A stretch of 63,496 nt of DNA, the filler included, from Octopus bimaculoides (taxonomy: Eukaryota), in NCBI RefSeq assembly GCF_001194135.2. It is 6 parts of 5 records of this genome, joined end to end, with 100 filler letters (N's around TTAATTAATTAA, not from the genome) between each part and the next. Parts side by side here need not be neighbours in the genome. Positions count along the whole stretch, not along the records: positions 47,078 to 56,764 come from NC_068991.1; positions 56,865 to 59,586 come from NC_068998.1; positions 59,687 to 61,601 come from NC_068996.1; positions 61,702 to 63,496 come from NC_068998.1; 2 more parts are not named here. One strand, given 5' to 3'. The notes under the pieces were generated by a model, which worked only from the letters and a program-made list of their open reading frames with translations, ran no database searches and was not told the origin of the DNA. Positions 51,903 to 63,496 of this stretch are shown here, in pieces. The position numbers and the translations under genes were made by a program. Each line of letters starts with the position of its first letter. Positions within the stretch are counted from its first letter, which is position 1.

Positions 51903-53039
51903 CATATATATATATATACATACATATATATATGTATGCATGTGTGTATGTATGTTTGTTTGTATGCATGTATGTATGTATAGACGTAGGTTCCTTATTT
52001 GTCTGTAGGTATTGATTTCCTACCTGTGTCGGTCAACACCTGCTACACTTAGACATGTTATGGAGTTTAAACATAAGTGAGCAACAATAGCGTAAATGAC
52101 AGATATTATAATGCAATTGAGGATGTTCACTTGAGACTCATGTACACGCGCGCGCACACTCACACTCAGGCACAACCATATACAGATGCATACAGAATCA
52201 TGTGTATAAACATATGTATAGATGTAAGTATATGAATATGTATATGTCTATATTTATACCTACGAAATATGGCTGAAAATTCCTGGCTTTGGGTAAGAGA
52301 AAATACAGGAGGATTAGTTAATTATGATTTTATTCAATAAATTCTTCTTCCTAATGTACTACCTCTTGTACTCTTCAGAAATTCTCTCATCTTTCGTCTT
52401 TTCACAACTGGTGTTGCTTTCTGTGTGACCCCGCAATTGAGAGGTTCGTGAAAAAGAGATCGATAGGACAAGTATCAGACTTAGCCCCCATCCTCCAAAA
52501 ACAACCCCAAAAACAAAACTTGTTTCACTACAATCTTTCCATCTGATGACCCAACATGGCTGCAGTTCAATGACCGAAACGTATAAACAATAGAGAGTAT
52601 TTTTTTACGTTTTAGTAATTATGAAATGTTTGGTTGAAACTCTGTAAATTTAATCTCAAACAAACAGTTTTGAATTCCCCAGTTGATTAATAGATATAAT
52701 ATCCATTATGATCCAAACAATTTCGCTTCGCGTCTAATGTAAGTTGCTGTATCATTCCACTCTGATTTGAATCCATCCAGATTCCAACATGAGAGCACGT
52801 TACGGATTGAGTGGTAAATTTATTCTGTAAAATGTATAAATGTGTGCACACAACATTGTGTATGGCATACATGCCATGCACAAATATACGTTCATGCATA
52901 CTTGCATGTATGCATATTTATCAAACTATCTTACACCCAATCTAATCTAATCTTTGGTTAATCCGATATTTGAATAAAATCATTAGCTTCTATTTGTTTT
53001 CTCAGTGAGTTCTTTCTGCTTAATGATACTTATTGTATA

Positions 53040-53800
53040 TACCCATGCACACGTGCACACGTAGCCGCCTACTGGCAACCCTTTTAATTTCTTCTTTATT
53101 TTCTTGGGGGTATTTACCCAGTTTTCTAGGTTGCTTTTTCAGCTACCCCGCGTTCGAAATTGACTTTATTTTCTATAAAGTACCAACACTTTCGACGCCT
53201 CTTAGTTTGTTTAAAAAATATGTTCCCACATTCCGAAATCTATTACTTAGCCTAGTAACAGACAGCAAATGCTGTCAGGGGCCGTTTAGCTTAATGGTAC
53301 AAACAGGTTCTATTCTCTCTAGCCACCAGCTTTGTTTCTGGTAACATATTTACGTCTTCTTGGGGTATTTGCCCAATTTTCTAGGCTGTTCTAACAGCTA
53401 TCCCGCCTTCGACATTTACTGCGAACTTTAAACAGAACCCTTGATACAATAACACTGTGTATAAACTCTGTATGAGGAATGACCAATTTCAAAGACTGTT
53501 GGACTTTACTCCTAGGGTATTGGAATCTTAATAATGGATTTATAAAGCCAACGACCAATCTTAAAAACAATTGGACTTTACTCACAAGGTACTGGAATCT
53601 TATATGTATACCATTCTGCCTAAACAATATATTTACAAATACAATATCCCTACATTCACTCTCTATTTCCTATCTTAACTAAACTAACTATTTCTTAATC
53701 ATCCTCTCACACCGTCTCCGATGAAGTGATGTAATAAATATCCCGGAAACAACAGTGAAACATTCGATTTATAAATGTTCTATATTATACTCAGCCTTCT
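53040..53800 (+). mobile_element. Penelope-like-element-associated repeat with internal duplications and a degenerate minimal hammerhead
   Basis: Internal direct repeats (about 53103/53359 and 53500/53572) and a GTCT-CCGATGA-stem-GAAAC motif at 53714-53761. Confidence 0.5.
53714..53761 (+). ncRNA. Degenerate type I minimal hammerhead ribozyme (probably inactive copy)
   Basis: GTCT|CCGATGA|AGTGAT..ATCCCG|GAAA C AACA GT G|AAAC: correct order of core elements, but U4>C and a G at the cleavage position. Confidence 0.5.
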
Positions 53801-54888
53801 TTTTTTTTTATCTCATTACGAAAAGTATATCCTATATATATANNNNNNNNNNNNNNNNNNNNNNNNNNNNNNNNNNNNNNNNNNNNNNNNNNNNNNNNNN
53901 NNNNNNNNNNNNNNNNNNNNNNNNNNNNNNNNNNNNNNNNNNNNNNNNNNNNNNNNNNNNNNNNNNNNNNNNNNNNNNNNNNNNNNNNNNNNNNNNNNNN
54001 NNNNNNNNNNNNNNNNNNNNNNNNNNNNNNNNNNNNNNNNNNNNNNNNNNNNNNNNNNNNNNNNNNNNNNNNNNNNNNNNNNNNNNNNNNNNNNNNNNNN
54101 NNNNNNNNNNNNNNNNNNNNNNNNNNNNNNNNNNNNNNNNNNNNNNNNNNNNNNNNNNNNNNNNNNNNNNNNNNNNNNNNNNNNNNNNNNNNNNNNNNNN
54201 NNNNNNNNNNNNNNNNNNNNNNNNNNNNNNNNNNNNNNNNNNNNNNNNNNNNNNNNNNNNNNNNNNNNNNNNNNNNNNNNNNNNNNNNNNNNNNNNNNNN
54301 NNNNNNNNNNNNNNNNNNNNNNNNNNNNNNNNNNNNNNNNNNNNNNNNNNNNNNNNNNNNNNNNNNNNNNNNNNNNNNNNNNNNNNNNNNNNNNNNNNNN
54401 NNNNNNNNNNNNNNNGTGTGTGTGTGTGTGTGTGTGTGTGCGTGTGTATGCGCGTGCGTGGTGGGGGTCCTTACTCGGCCACATGTCACACTTAGATTCA
54501 CGTTTTACACGCATCATTGCATGTAATTTGTACCGTATTTTATTTTTCTGAAGGGTCTGTTTTTGGTGGTTTTGCTCTTTATTTATAATTTTTTTTTTGG
54601 TCAATGTTTGTTTTAGTCCTTGTATTATCATATTGTTGCCGTTGGTAACGTTAATGTGGTTGTTGTTGTTGTTGTTGTTGTTTCTGTTGTTGCTACTGGT
54701 GCTCATATTATATTGTTGTTGTTGTTCAATGTGATGTTGGTTTTGTTGTTTTTGTCCTTTGTTGGATATGGGGCTGTTGTCAATGCAGTCGATGATATCG
54801 CCTAACTGCTCATCGTCATCGTCGTCATCATTGTCACCACCACCACCACCTCCACCACCACCTCCACCACCACCATCACCACTACCAC

Positions 54889-54925
<37 letters not shown>

Positions 54926-55142
54926 TTCCAAAAGTAAATTTCCAATAATGGTTAATAGGGATATAAAATCCTAGCGGGTACCGGGTTCGCTCTTATCAGT
55001 TATCAATGCTAGCTCATCATAGTGAATGTAGATAAACTCCAGTTAGTGAAATTTACTATACTCGGTTAATCATCACTTGGTAAGTCCAAATGATGTCCTT
55101 ATGAGGACTGCATTAGTGTTCGTAGAGAATAAAATAAAATTA

Positions 55143-55522
55143 ACAAGAGAACTCACAGAGCGCAAACCTTCACCAAGGCAACACCAACGTCCTCTCAATG
55201 ATTAGTCAGAGATGATTTTTTAAGATGAGAATATCTGAAATAAACTCGAATGCTCTCACAAACGAGAATACGAAAAAATGTACCCGACCGCTCTCAAAAA
55301 CTAAATAAAAACAAACAAACAGGAAAAATGATCCAGAATCCTTGTCCGGTACTGGATCGATGCTAAAATCTAATCAGTTCGTGCCAGTCACAAGGCCAAA
55401 CATCTCTAAAAGTTTCATCCGCATCCATGCAGCGGTTCTTGAGATATCTTGTCTACGGACAAAGAAACAAACAAACAAACACGACTGAAACAATACCGCC
55501 GTCTTAGCGAAGGCAGAGATAA
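55143..55522. mobile_element. Non-autonomous Helentron-type (HINE/DINE-like) element
   Basis: 5' ..CAGAGCGCAAACCTTCACCAAGGC and 3' ..CCGTCTTAGCGAAGGCAGAGATAAT, resembling sub-terminal inverted repeats; internal (AAAC)n. Confidence 0.45.
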
Positions 55523-55653
55523 TCAAAATCAGGAGAACATAGATTTGCACATCCAAGTTTTATTAAACAGTTAATCACAACTTTCTTCGTCAAGACTTTC
55601 TTTACAGTTGGTCGGATATTTCTCTTCTTTATTGATACATATATTTTCCACAT

Positions 55654-56035
55654 GTGGAGACGCAATGGCCAAGTGGTTAGGGCAGCGGACTCACGGTCAT
55701 AGGATCGCGGTTTCGATTCCCAGACCGGGCGTTGTGAGTGTTTATTGAGCGAAAACACTTAAAGCTCCACGAGGCTCCGGCAGGGGATGGTGGCGAACCC
55801 TGCTGTACTCTTTCACCACAACTTTCTCTCTCACTCTTACTTCCTGTTTCTGTTGTGCCTGTAATTCAAAGGGTCAGCCTTGTCACACTGTGTTACGCTG
55901 AATCTCCCCGAGAAGTACGTTAAGGGTACACGTGTCTGTGGAGTTCTCAGCCACTTGCACGCTAATTTCACGAGCAGGCTGTTCCGTTGATCGGATCAAC
56001 TGGACGTCGTAAGCGACGGAGTGCCAACAACAACA
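55654..56035 (+). mobile_element. Full-length tRNA-derived SINE with 11-bp TSD
   Basis: A/B-box head and (CAA)n tail; TSD ATTTTCCACAT at 55643-55653 and 56036-56046. Confidence 0.92.
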
Positions 56036-56330
56036 ATTTTCCACATAATCACCAATCACCACGTTCGTATTTTGACCTTTGCTTGCTCGCTTCTTTTTTT
56101 ACCTTCTGAACTCAAATCCTGCCGTGTACAACATTTCGTTCCGTCCTCTCGGGATGGATAAAAATTAAACACTAGTCAATTATTGGCGGGAGCCGATGTA
56201 ATCCAATTGCTCCCTCCCCTCAAATTTACTGGCTTTAATTAAAAAGAATAATTACATACTTTTTATTAATTTTTCTTGTGGTAGGTCAAGTAGAAACAGC
56301 AGGAACAGCAGCAGTAATAGTTGTAGTAGC

Positions 56331-56368
<38 letters not shown>

Positions 56369-56388
56369 CAGCAGCAGCAGCAGTAGTG

Positions 56389-56435
<47 letters not shown>

Positions 56436-57935
56436 TAAGTAACTTATTTGCGTTGTTTCTTTTGGTTGAGTGTTCAGTATTTTCTGCGTGTATGAGGACT
56501 TATGGCATAGTGTGTGTGTGTGTGTGTGTGTGTGTGTCTGTGTGCGTGCGCGCATGCGTGCATATATATGTGTACGTGTGTGAGCATGTGTGTGTAAATA
56601 TGTGCGTATGAATGTGTGTGTGTGTGTGTGTGATGTTGGAGTGGTGTGGTGTATCGTTATTGAACACGACGGCAATCATTTATCACGTTGTTTTGTGACA
56701 CCACTTACGTAAGATCAAAGGAACATCAGGTAACCGCCCCCACGCCCCCCCGCCCCTTCACTGGNNNNNNNNNNNNNNNNNNNNNNNNNNNNNNNNNNNN
56801 NNNNNNNNTTAATTAATTAANNNNNNNNNNNNNNNNNNNNNNNNNNNNNNNNNNNNNNNNNNNNTCCACAATGTGTTGATGAGAAAAGCATGTAATCGCT
56901 ACCAATATAGCAAGAGATTTCTCCGCAAAGGTCTAAAGTAGACTCCTTAAGGATCGATCTCCTTGGTTATATATCAAAAATTTAAAATTTAAAAGAGAGT
57001 TTTGACGCTGATATCCATTATTATTGAAGTTTATTCCTATGTCAACAATTATATATATTATGTTTTTTCACTTTTTACCTGAATTTTATATTTTTATTTT
57101 TTTATTTTTATATTTTGATATTATTATATATTTTAAAATTATTTTTAGGTTTTTATATAGTTATAGGGTTAATGGTTTGTGTTTTTTTTTTCTACATATA
57201 GTTTTTCTGTTTTTTCTCCCCTCCAAACTTTTTTCCGTGCGCTTATAGACACGTAGAAAGTTATGACCTCCCAAAGTCTGGGGGGTAAAACCCTGTAGTT
57301 ATGCCCAAGGAACTTTATATGTGCGCATGGATACGTGCGCACTTTGAGATATGTGCGTGCGTGCGTGTATGATATACGCAGGTTTAGACGGGGTTTGCCA
57401 CTACACAGTAATTTCCCTTTGTTTATTTCCCCTCTGCTTATCTCCCTTTGGGTTTAAAGGTCATTTTTCAAAAGAATTTCCGGTAGCTGGATAACTGAGA
57501 TGTTGGAGTGGATCCCCACCCTGGCATCCGAAACTCGGAGTTTTATAATGGCTACTGAATAAGTGTCACATACCTTTACATACATATATATATATATATA
57601 TATATTCCTATGTCAATAATTATATATATATATATATATATATATAAAGCCTTTGAAAGCAAACAAAACTTGGGATCGATCCAACAAGTTTTAGTCTTCC
57701 TAGACTTTCAGCATAGAAAAAATATCCATCCTTTACAATCGGAGTTATAACTATCTTTACTATATACTAACAAGACACCGTTAAACAGGTCCATCAAATT
57801 TACATAGCTGCTCACATGCTGACAACCTGGTTAATTAGTTAATTAATAAAGTACTGCTGAGCGTTTGGGGGGTAATTTAAAAAGGAAGGCGTATACATTT
57901 TATTTTTAATTAACATGTAATTTTAGCTCCGCAGT

Positions 57936-57962
57936 GGGTTAGGGTTAGGGTTAGGGTTAGGG
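57936..57962 (+). repeat. Interstitial telomere-type repeat GGG(TTAGGG)4
   Basis: Read directly; degenerate TTAGGG units also at about 58311-58335. Confidence 0.9.
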
Positions 57963-59686
57963 TTCCTATCTTTCTGCAATAGAAAAAATTAGGTAGATCC
58001 CCCTAAACTTCCGCTAGAGAAAAAATATCTATCGCCTATCTATCGAATATGAGTATTATTTCTCTAGTGAATGTCGAGGAAGATTAGAAACTAATAAATG
58101 TCTGTCCATTTTCTACTTTTTACAACGGAACTAAAATTAATGCTTATCAAAATGTTTGACCTTACATTAGATTTCCAAGTGTGTGTATGAAGGTGGGGGT
58201 GTGCACAGTGAAAAAAGGGGATAAAAGCAAACTTGTTCTTGTGCTATATTACTGATACACACATACGTTTACACAGAACTCAGCGAAGGTAAAGTATACG
58301 CACACCCGGTGTTTAGGGGTAGGTTAAGGGTTAGTGTTACGCCGAAAATGGGTAGTGTGCGTATTCTTTACCTCCATCCAGAACTCACTTTCGTCCAGAT
58401 TCATCTCCATCTTATATACTATTAAATGTAGTAGGTATGGTACAGGCGATGTAAAAGTCTTTCTGTTACTGTAGTGACCGTTACTCTGCGAACTAGTCAA
58501 TTGAGTATCACGTATGATGCAGGTATAACATTCGTTATACTTGTATCTAACCCTTTCACTTCACAGCCTCTAAACCTTTCCCGAAGCATCTTCTACTTAC
58601 TAAAATAATTTAACTAACTTTTACAGGAGATACATTTCTCTGTTCTACACCGCATACCAAGTCATTGACTGTCTAAGGTACGAGAGAACTGTAATGCGGG
58701 GAATAAAATACGGTTCACCCTACCTCTCGTTGTTGGCTGTCCAGCTGTGTTAAGTCCAAACACGTGCCCGACCCGTCTCACCTAATGTTAGCAGCTGACA
58801 CTACCAGTCCCTGGCTCCATTGGCGTCCGTTCACCACGACTGCTCCAGGCTGAAAGAGGACGACCTTGCTCTTGCTTCCCTCATTTCCTATCTCCCTTTC
58901 CTTTTCCGGTGGGGACCCTTGACGCCACAGCCCTTTCCTTCCGGTTCAAACTAATACTAATATTAAAGCAAGCACTAGCAGACTTCATGTAGCTAATAAA
59001 TTATAACTAATCAAAATTACAATCTTTAATATTGATAATAGTCATTTTTCATCATAACACATGTCAAAGGAGACAACTCTGACAATTTTATTAATTGAAG
59101 ATGCAGAATATTTCACTCTGAGTTAAAAGTGTAAAGATTAACTTTGCTTTGTAATAATATGAATGTGCAGATTTGATGCTTCGCCTTAATCCAGCAGATG
59201 TATGATCAAAGGCTTTGCAGCCGCTCCAATCACATGTGGTTTTTTTTTTTTTTTTTTCTTTCAGACATATCAATTGTCAATTTTTTAAAGAAGGTATGGT
59301 GTGGTTTGATTTGAGAGAAAATTGGCTGCTAATTCCAGACTTTTGTCATTTAATTGAGTGTTGACAGTTTAGACTTGCGGAAATTAAAGTGGAATCGATA
59401 TTTCCTTACATCTTTCTGGGAGCTATAAATAAGTACTAAGAACAATCGAATTCGCTCTGCACGTCCTTGTTTCAGTTTTATTAATTTAAGCTGCTAAGTG
59501 TAACCGTTCCATCTCTCATTTCCTTTTCCTTGACTAATTGCCTGTTAAGAGAAGTACGAAAAATCTATCAGTTGATATATTTTTATNNNNNNNNNNNNNN
59601 NNNNNNNNNNNNNNNNNNNNNNNNNNNNNNTTAATTAATTAANNNNNNNNNNNNNNNNNNNNNNNNNNNNNNNNNNNNNNNNNNNN

Positions 59687-59765
59687 CATAACCCTAACCG
59701 TAATCCTAAAACTAACCCTAACTCTAAAACCCTAACCCTAACCCTAAAACCCTAAAGCTAAAACC
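59687..59765 (-). repeat. Degenerate (CCCTAA)n telomere-like tract heading an interspersed repeat
   Basis: ACCCTAACCGTAATCCTAAAACTAACCCTAACTCTAAAACCCTAACCCTAACCCTAAAACCCTAAAG directly after a join pad. Confidence 0.8.
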
Positions 59766-60119
59766 AGTACAAACGCACGAACGATGTCATAAATAACAGT
59801 GACAAACGAAATATATACCGCTGATAGTTGTTGTTGACAACGGATAGTTTTTGTTGACAACCAACGGCACTAATTTTATTCAAGGGAAAAAATCCCGTAA
59901 CACCGTTGTTTACATTCCCCGGCGTAATTGTTTTCACCTCAATAGACGTCAGTGATTGGTTGAAATTACCGAAATACGACAATTTTTTTTACATGAAATA
60001 ACTTCGAATACAAAATTTTTTATCTGTTCTATAACACAAAATATACAAGTATTCGAAGTTTGAAAGTGTTTGAAAACACTACATAAAAAGATGTTGCCCG
60101 TCAAATCATAAAAATCCCT

Positions 60120-61360
60120 GACATCTCATTTTAACAGATATATTTAACAAAATTACATAAAAATACTTTGAAATACTAAAGAGTAAATTTATTCAATAAA
60201 ATCGCCATTGGCTTCAACCACGGCTTTGCAAACAACTTCCTGCAACTCTTTTGGACAATCTCCTTGTTCAAGTTGGTGAATGTAACCATAATCTTTGTCT
60301 TCAGTTCATCTTTGGTGTTACAAGGAGATTTGTTGGTCTCTCACTCAACTGCGCCCCACACATAACAATCAATGAGGTTGCAGTCTGGGGAGTTAGGTGG
60401 TCAGATGTTAGGGGTGATGTGGTCGCAGAAATTGTCTGACATCCATGACTGGGTTCCCCTGCTTGTGTGGCATGGTGCAGAGTCTTGTTGCCAGACATAG
60501 GGTATTCCAGTTGCCACCCTCTTGACCCAGGGCAGCACTGTCTCTTCCAGGCATTTCATTTAGGCCACCGTGTTGAGTCTGAGGCCGTGTGGGAAGATGA
60601 ACAGAGGCATAACATTGCCACCACTAGTGATCACTCTAAACACCATGATGTTGACTGGATGTTTGATTTTTATCACTTTCGGTATATGTTTTCGGGACAC
60701 GGCAAGCCAACGGTTGTTCTGTGTGTTCACCACCTGATCCTTACAGAAATTTTTCTTGACTGAGAAAAACCAAAACACATTCGGTTGAAGCAGGAGCTTG
60801 AGTTCAAAAGCTCCGTAGCGCAGTCTTCCCTCTAGTCCTTGATGGCTTGGAATAAAAATTGGCCCTTTCTTATCTTCTATAAAGGAATACCAAATGTTTT
60901 CATGCACTACCTGCCTGATAAGAAACTCAAATGCACCCATGTCCCTAGCAATGGACCTGATTGACTTGGAGGGATCATTGTCAATCATGGCTTGAATCTC
61001 ACTGACAAATTCACGAGTTCTTGTCTTATCAGAAAGGTCAGAATGAGTTTTCCGCGCTGCCGGTACCTTCGTAATCACCATTAGACTCCTCCGACTCTTT
61101 CCGAATCCTCTGTACAGTCCTCAGATTGACACCCAAACACTCTGAAATGTTCGTATTGGAGTTTCCAGTGCGATGCCAAGCAGTACAGCATCTCATTTCC
61201 AAATTTCTGGCTGAGTGAATTGCGTAATGGTGCTGTTTCTCGCACAGATGGTTCACAACTCACCTTACGATACTGTGTAATCGACAAAATCAAAAACAAA
61301 CAATGCGCACGCGAGAATTAAAAAAGTATAAAATGGCGACAATTTACCCATCGCACCCTG
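60120..61360 (-). mobile_element. maT/Bmmar1-like (DD37D) Tc1/mariner transposon, degenerate
   Basis: Motifs FFS.KKNF..QVVNTQNNRWLA, MVFRVITS.G.VMP.FIF, WQQDSAPCH, WPPNSPDCNLIDYYVW. One TIR ends at 61360 (CAGGGTGCGATGGGTAAATTGTCGCC on the minus strand); the left end is approximate. Confidence 0.82.
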
Positions 61361-61601
61361 AGGGACGCGATGGCGGGATGCTCGAGGGACAAATCTCCGG
61401 GCTTGGATGGTCTTCCCTACGAGCTTTACAACTGTATGCCAGACTTGTTTGGAGACGTCTTGGTGGCGGTGTACTGCAACTGGCAGCAGAACGGGAGCAT
61501 TCCCGGTTTTGTGAGCCGAGGAGCCGTAACGCTGCTGAAGAAAGATCCAAACAAGGGGGACGTCATAGATAACTTTAGGCCCATCACTCTGCTCAATGCA
61601 G
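61361..61601 (+). mobile_element. L1/Tx1-clade LINE reverse-transcriptase fragment
   Basis: KSPGLDGLPYELY..G.VTLLKKD..K.D.I.NFRPITLLNA, open until the join pad. Confidence 0.85.
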
Positions 61602-61701
61602 NNNNNNNNNNNNNNNNNNNNNNNNNNNNNNNNNNNNNNNNNNNNTTAATTAATTAANNNNNNNNNNNNNNNNNNNNNNNNNNNNNNNNNNNNNNNNNNN
61701 N

Positions 61702-61792
61702 AGAATAAGTCCTGGGGTCGATTTGCTCGACTAAAGGCGGTGCTCCAGCATGGCCACAGTCAAATGACTGAAAACAAATAAAAGAGTAAAAA
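61702..61792 (+). mobile_element. SINE 3' part
   Basis: AGAATAAGTCCTGGGGTCGATTTGCTCGACTAAAGGCGGTGCTCCAGCATGGCC..AAAAGAGTAAAA; same family as 63158-63330(-) and the decayed copy at 18819-18990. Confidence 0.75.
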
Positions 61793-61889
61793 GTATGTAT
61801 ATAAACAAGAACATTTTTGACACATTTTTACCCTTTTCTCGGTATTTTTACTTTCTGTGTTAATGTGTGTGGGGGGGGGGTGATTGAGG

Positions 61890-62225
61890 AGTACCAAAGA
61901 AGATAAACAAGGGCTCCCTAAATAAATCCCTCGACTCCTGCGACATTAATCACCACCGCTGGTCTGTCCTTGCTGCTGACCATGAAGCTTTGGGTCTCAA
62001 TATCCTCCAGGCAACAACCTGCTGTGACGACATCTGCAGACAAGAGAAAAAGGAGGAAAAACAAGGACACTGCAATCACTTCTGATCAGTCTAACTTCCC
62101 ATGTAACCACTACGGTAATGTTTGTTTGCTCTAAATCAAATTCGTTGAGCACCAGCAAGCCTGCTACAGACATGGACAACCCCCTCCGTAAATTTTTGCT
62201 TACGAAGCCAAGCCAAGAGAGAAGT
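61890..62225 (+). mobile_element. RTE (BovB-like) LINE 3' end
   Basis: SLNKSL.SC.I..RWS.LAAD..RRKRRK..FPCNH.G.VC....EHQQAC, then GAAGCCAAGCCAAGAGAGA tail. Confidence 0.6.
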
Positions 62226-62311
62226 ATGTATGTATGCATGTACATACGTACGCACATATGTACGTATGCATGCACGTATGTACATACACACGTACGTATA
62301 TGTGTGCGTAC

Positions 62312-62342
<31 letters not shown>

Positions 62343-62560
62343 TGTATGTATGTATGTGAAAAGAGAGATTAGGAGATGTAGTAAGTGGTGTGTGACTGTT
62401 TAAGTATGAGAATTCTTCCCATAGGGCCTCAAAAGAAATCTAAGTTTCTCAATGGTCCCGCTGGAGATTTGTGGTGTGACACCTAAATGTGCTTGTGCGT
62501 ATATGTATGTGTGTGTACGTATATGCATGCATGTATGTATGCGTGTACGCATGTATCTAT

Positions 62561-62607
<47 letters not shown>

Positions 62608-62727
62608 TACAAACACAGACACATACGCATACACGTCTATGTGTATGTGTATATGACTAGTTACTACTATCATACCCTTCTACCTCTGTTTTCCTTTCCT
62701 CTAATTTGCGTTGACACGCTACTATGC

Positions 62728-62780
<53 letters not shown>

Positions 62781-63058
62781 GTAATAATGTACAAATGCAA
62801 AGCAAAAGTCAAACATAAAATAATAATAATAATAATAATAGCAATAATAGTAATAAGAATAAAATAATAAGTAAATGTCTAATTAATTTCAGTTATTTTT
62901 CAGGTAATTGATGTAATCAACCGTGCACAAATAATCGATGACACCTGGAGTTTGGCCAAGTAAGTTAGCACATTAAGTATCGCGTTACTTTTACCCTGCT
63001 TCGAAAATGTCCGGACGAGAGCGGCGTCAACTAACGGGAAAAAAACGTAAAGAAGTGT

Positions 63059-63099
<41 letters not shown>

Positions 63100-63157
63100 C
63101 GTGTGTGTATGGGGGTGGTGAAGGAAAAGGAAAGAGAAGAAAAGCAATAATGATAAT

Positions 63158-63330
63158 CTGCTATCCTTTTACTTGTTTCAGTCATTCAGTCATTTTGACT
63201 GCGGCCATGCTGGAGTACCGCCTTGAAGGGTTTTAGTCGAACAAATCGACCTCAGGACTTATTTTTTTAAGCCTAGTACTTATTCTATCGGACTGTTTTG
63301 CCGAGCCGCTAAGTTACGGGGACAAACACA
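63158..63330 (-). mobile_element. SINE fragment
   Basis: Reverse complement of the family seen at 61702. Confidence 0.75.
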
Positions 63331-63400
63331 GATACAGACACACACATAGGTATATACATACATGCATACATACATACGTATGTATATATATATATATATA

Positions 63401-63473
63401 CAGTAATTCCTCGCGGTTCACCTATCGCGGTGGGTTTTGGAACGTATCACCCGTGATAGTCGAGGGATTACTG
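63401..63473. mobile_element. 73-bp Tigger-derived MITE
   Basis: TA-CAGTAATTCCTCG ... CGAGGGATTACTG-TA; internal stem CTATCGCGG / CCGTGATAG. Confidence 0.85.
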
Positions 63474-63496
63474 TATGTATATATATTTATATATAT

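Noticed and set aside
55654-55730. tRNA gene
   Set aside because: The A/B-box head continues into a 380-bp SINE body with tail and TSD; a second copy lies at 32283(-).

Overview
AT-rich, microsatellite- and transposon-dense eukaryotic DNA. The repeat families look like those of a coleoid cephalopod, probably Octopus (inference). Five 100-bp N pads containing a TTAATTAATTAA linker split the window into six joined pieces. The only well-supported host gene is the 3' part of an SLC4 Na+-coupled bicarbonate transporter (NDCBE/NBCn-like) on the + strand: six exons at 22629-31011, about 331 aa, plus candidate downstream C-terminal exons. Its 5' half is absent, most likely lost at the join at 18719-18818. 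The rest is decayed mobile DNA: HERO, R4/Dong, Jockey-like, Tx1 and RTE LINE pieces; Tc1, mariner, Tigger and maT transposons; a Helitron helicase with an intact 3' end; hAT, piggyBac and Tigger MITEs; and tRNA-derived SINEs. The most notable observations are a compact pseudoknotted element with hammerhead-like core words in the HERO 3' UTR, a possible A-to-I recoding site beside the SLC4 Na+ site, a splice donor overlapping the stop codon, a CpG-depleted domain over the gene, long inverted repeats downstream of the last exon, a degenerate Penelope-type hammerhead and an Illumina adapter remnant. All analysis was by eye; no databases were searched.
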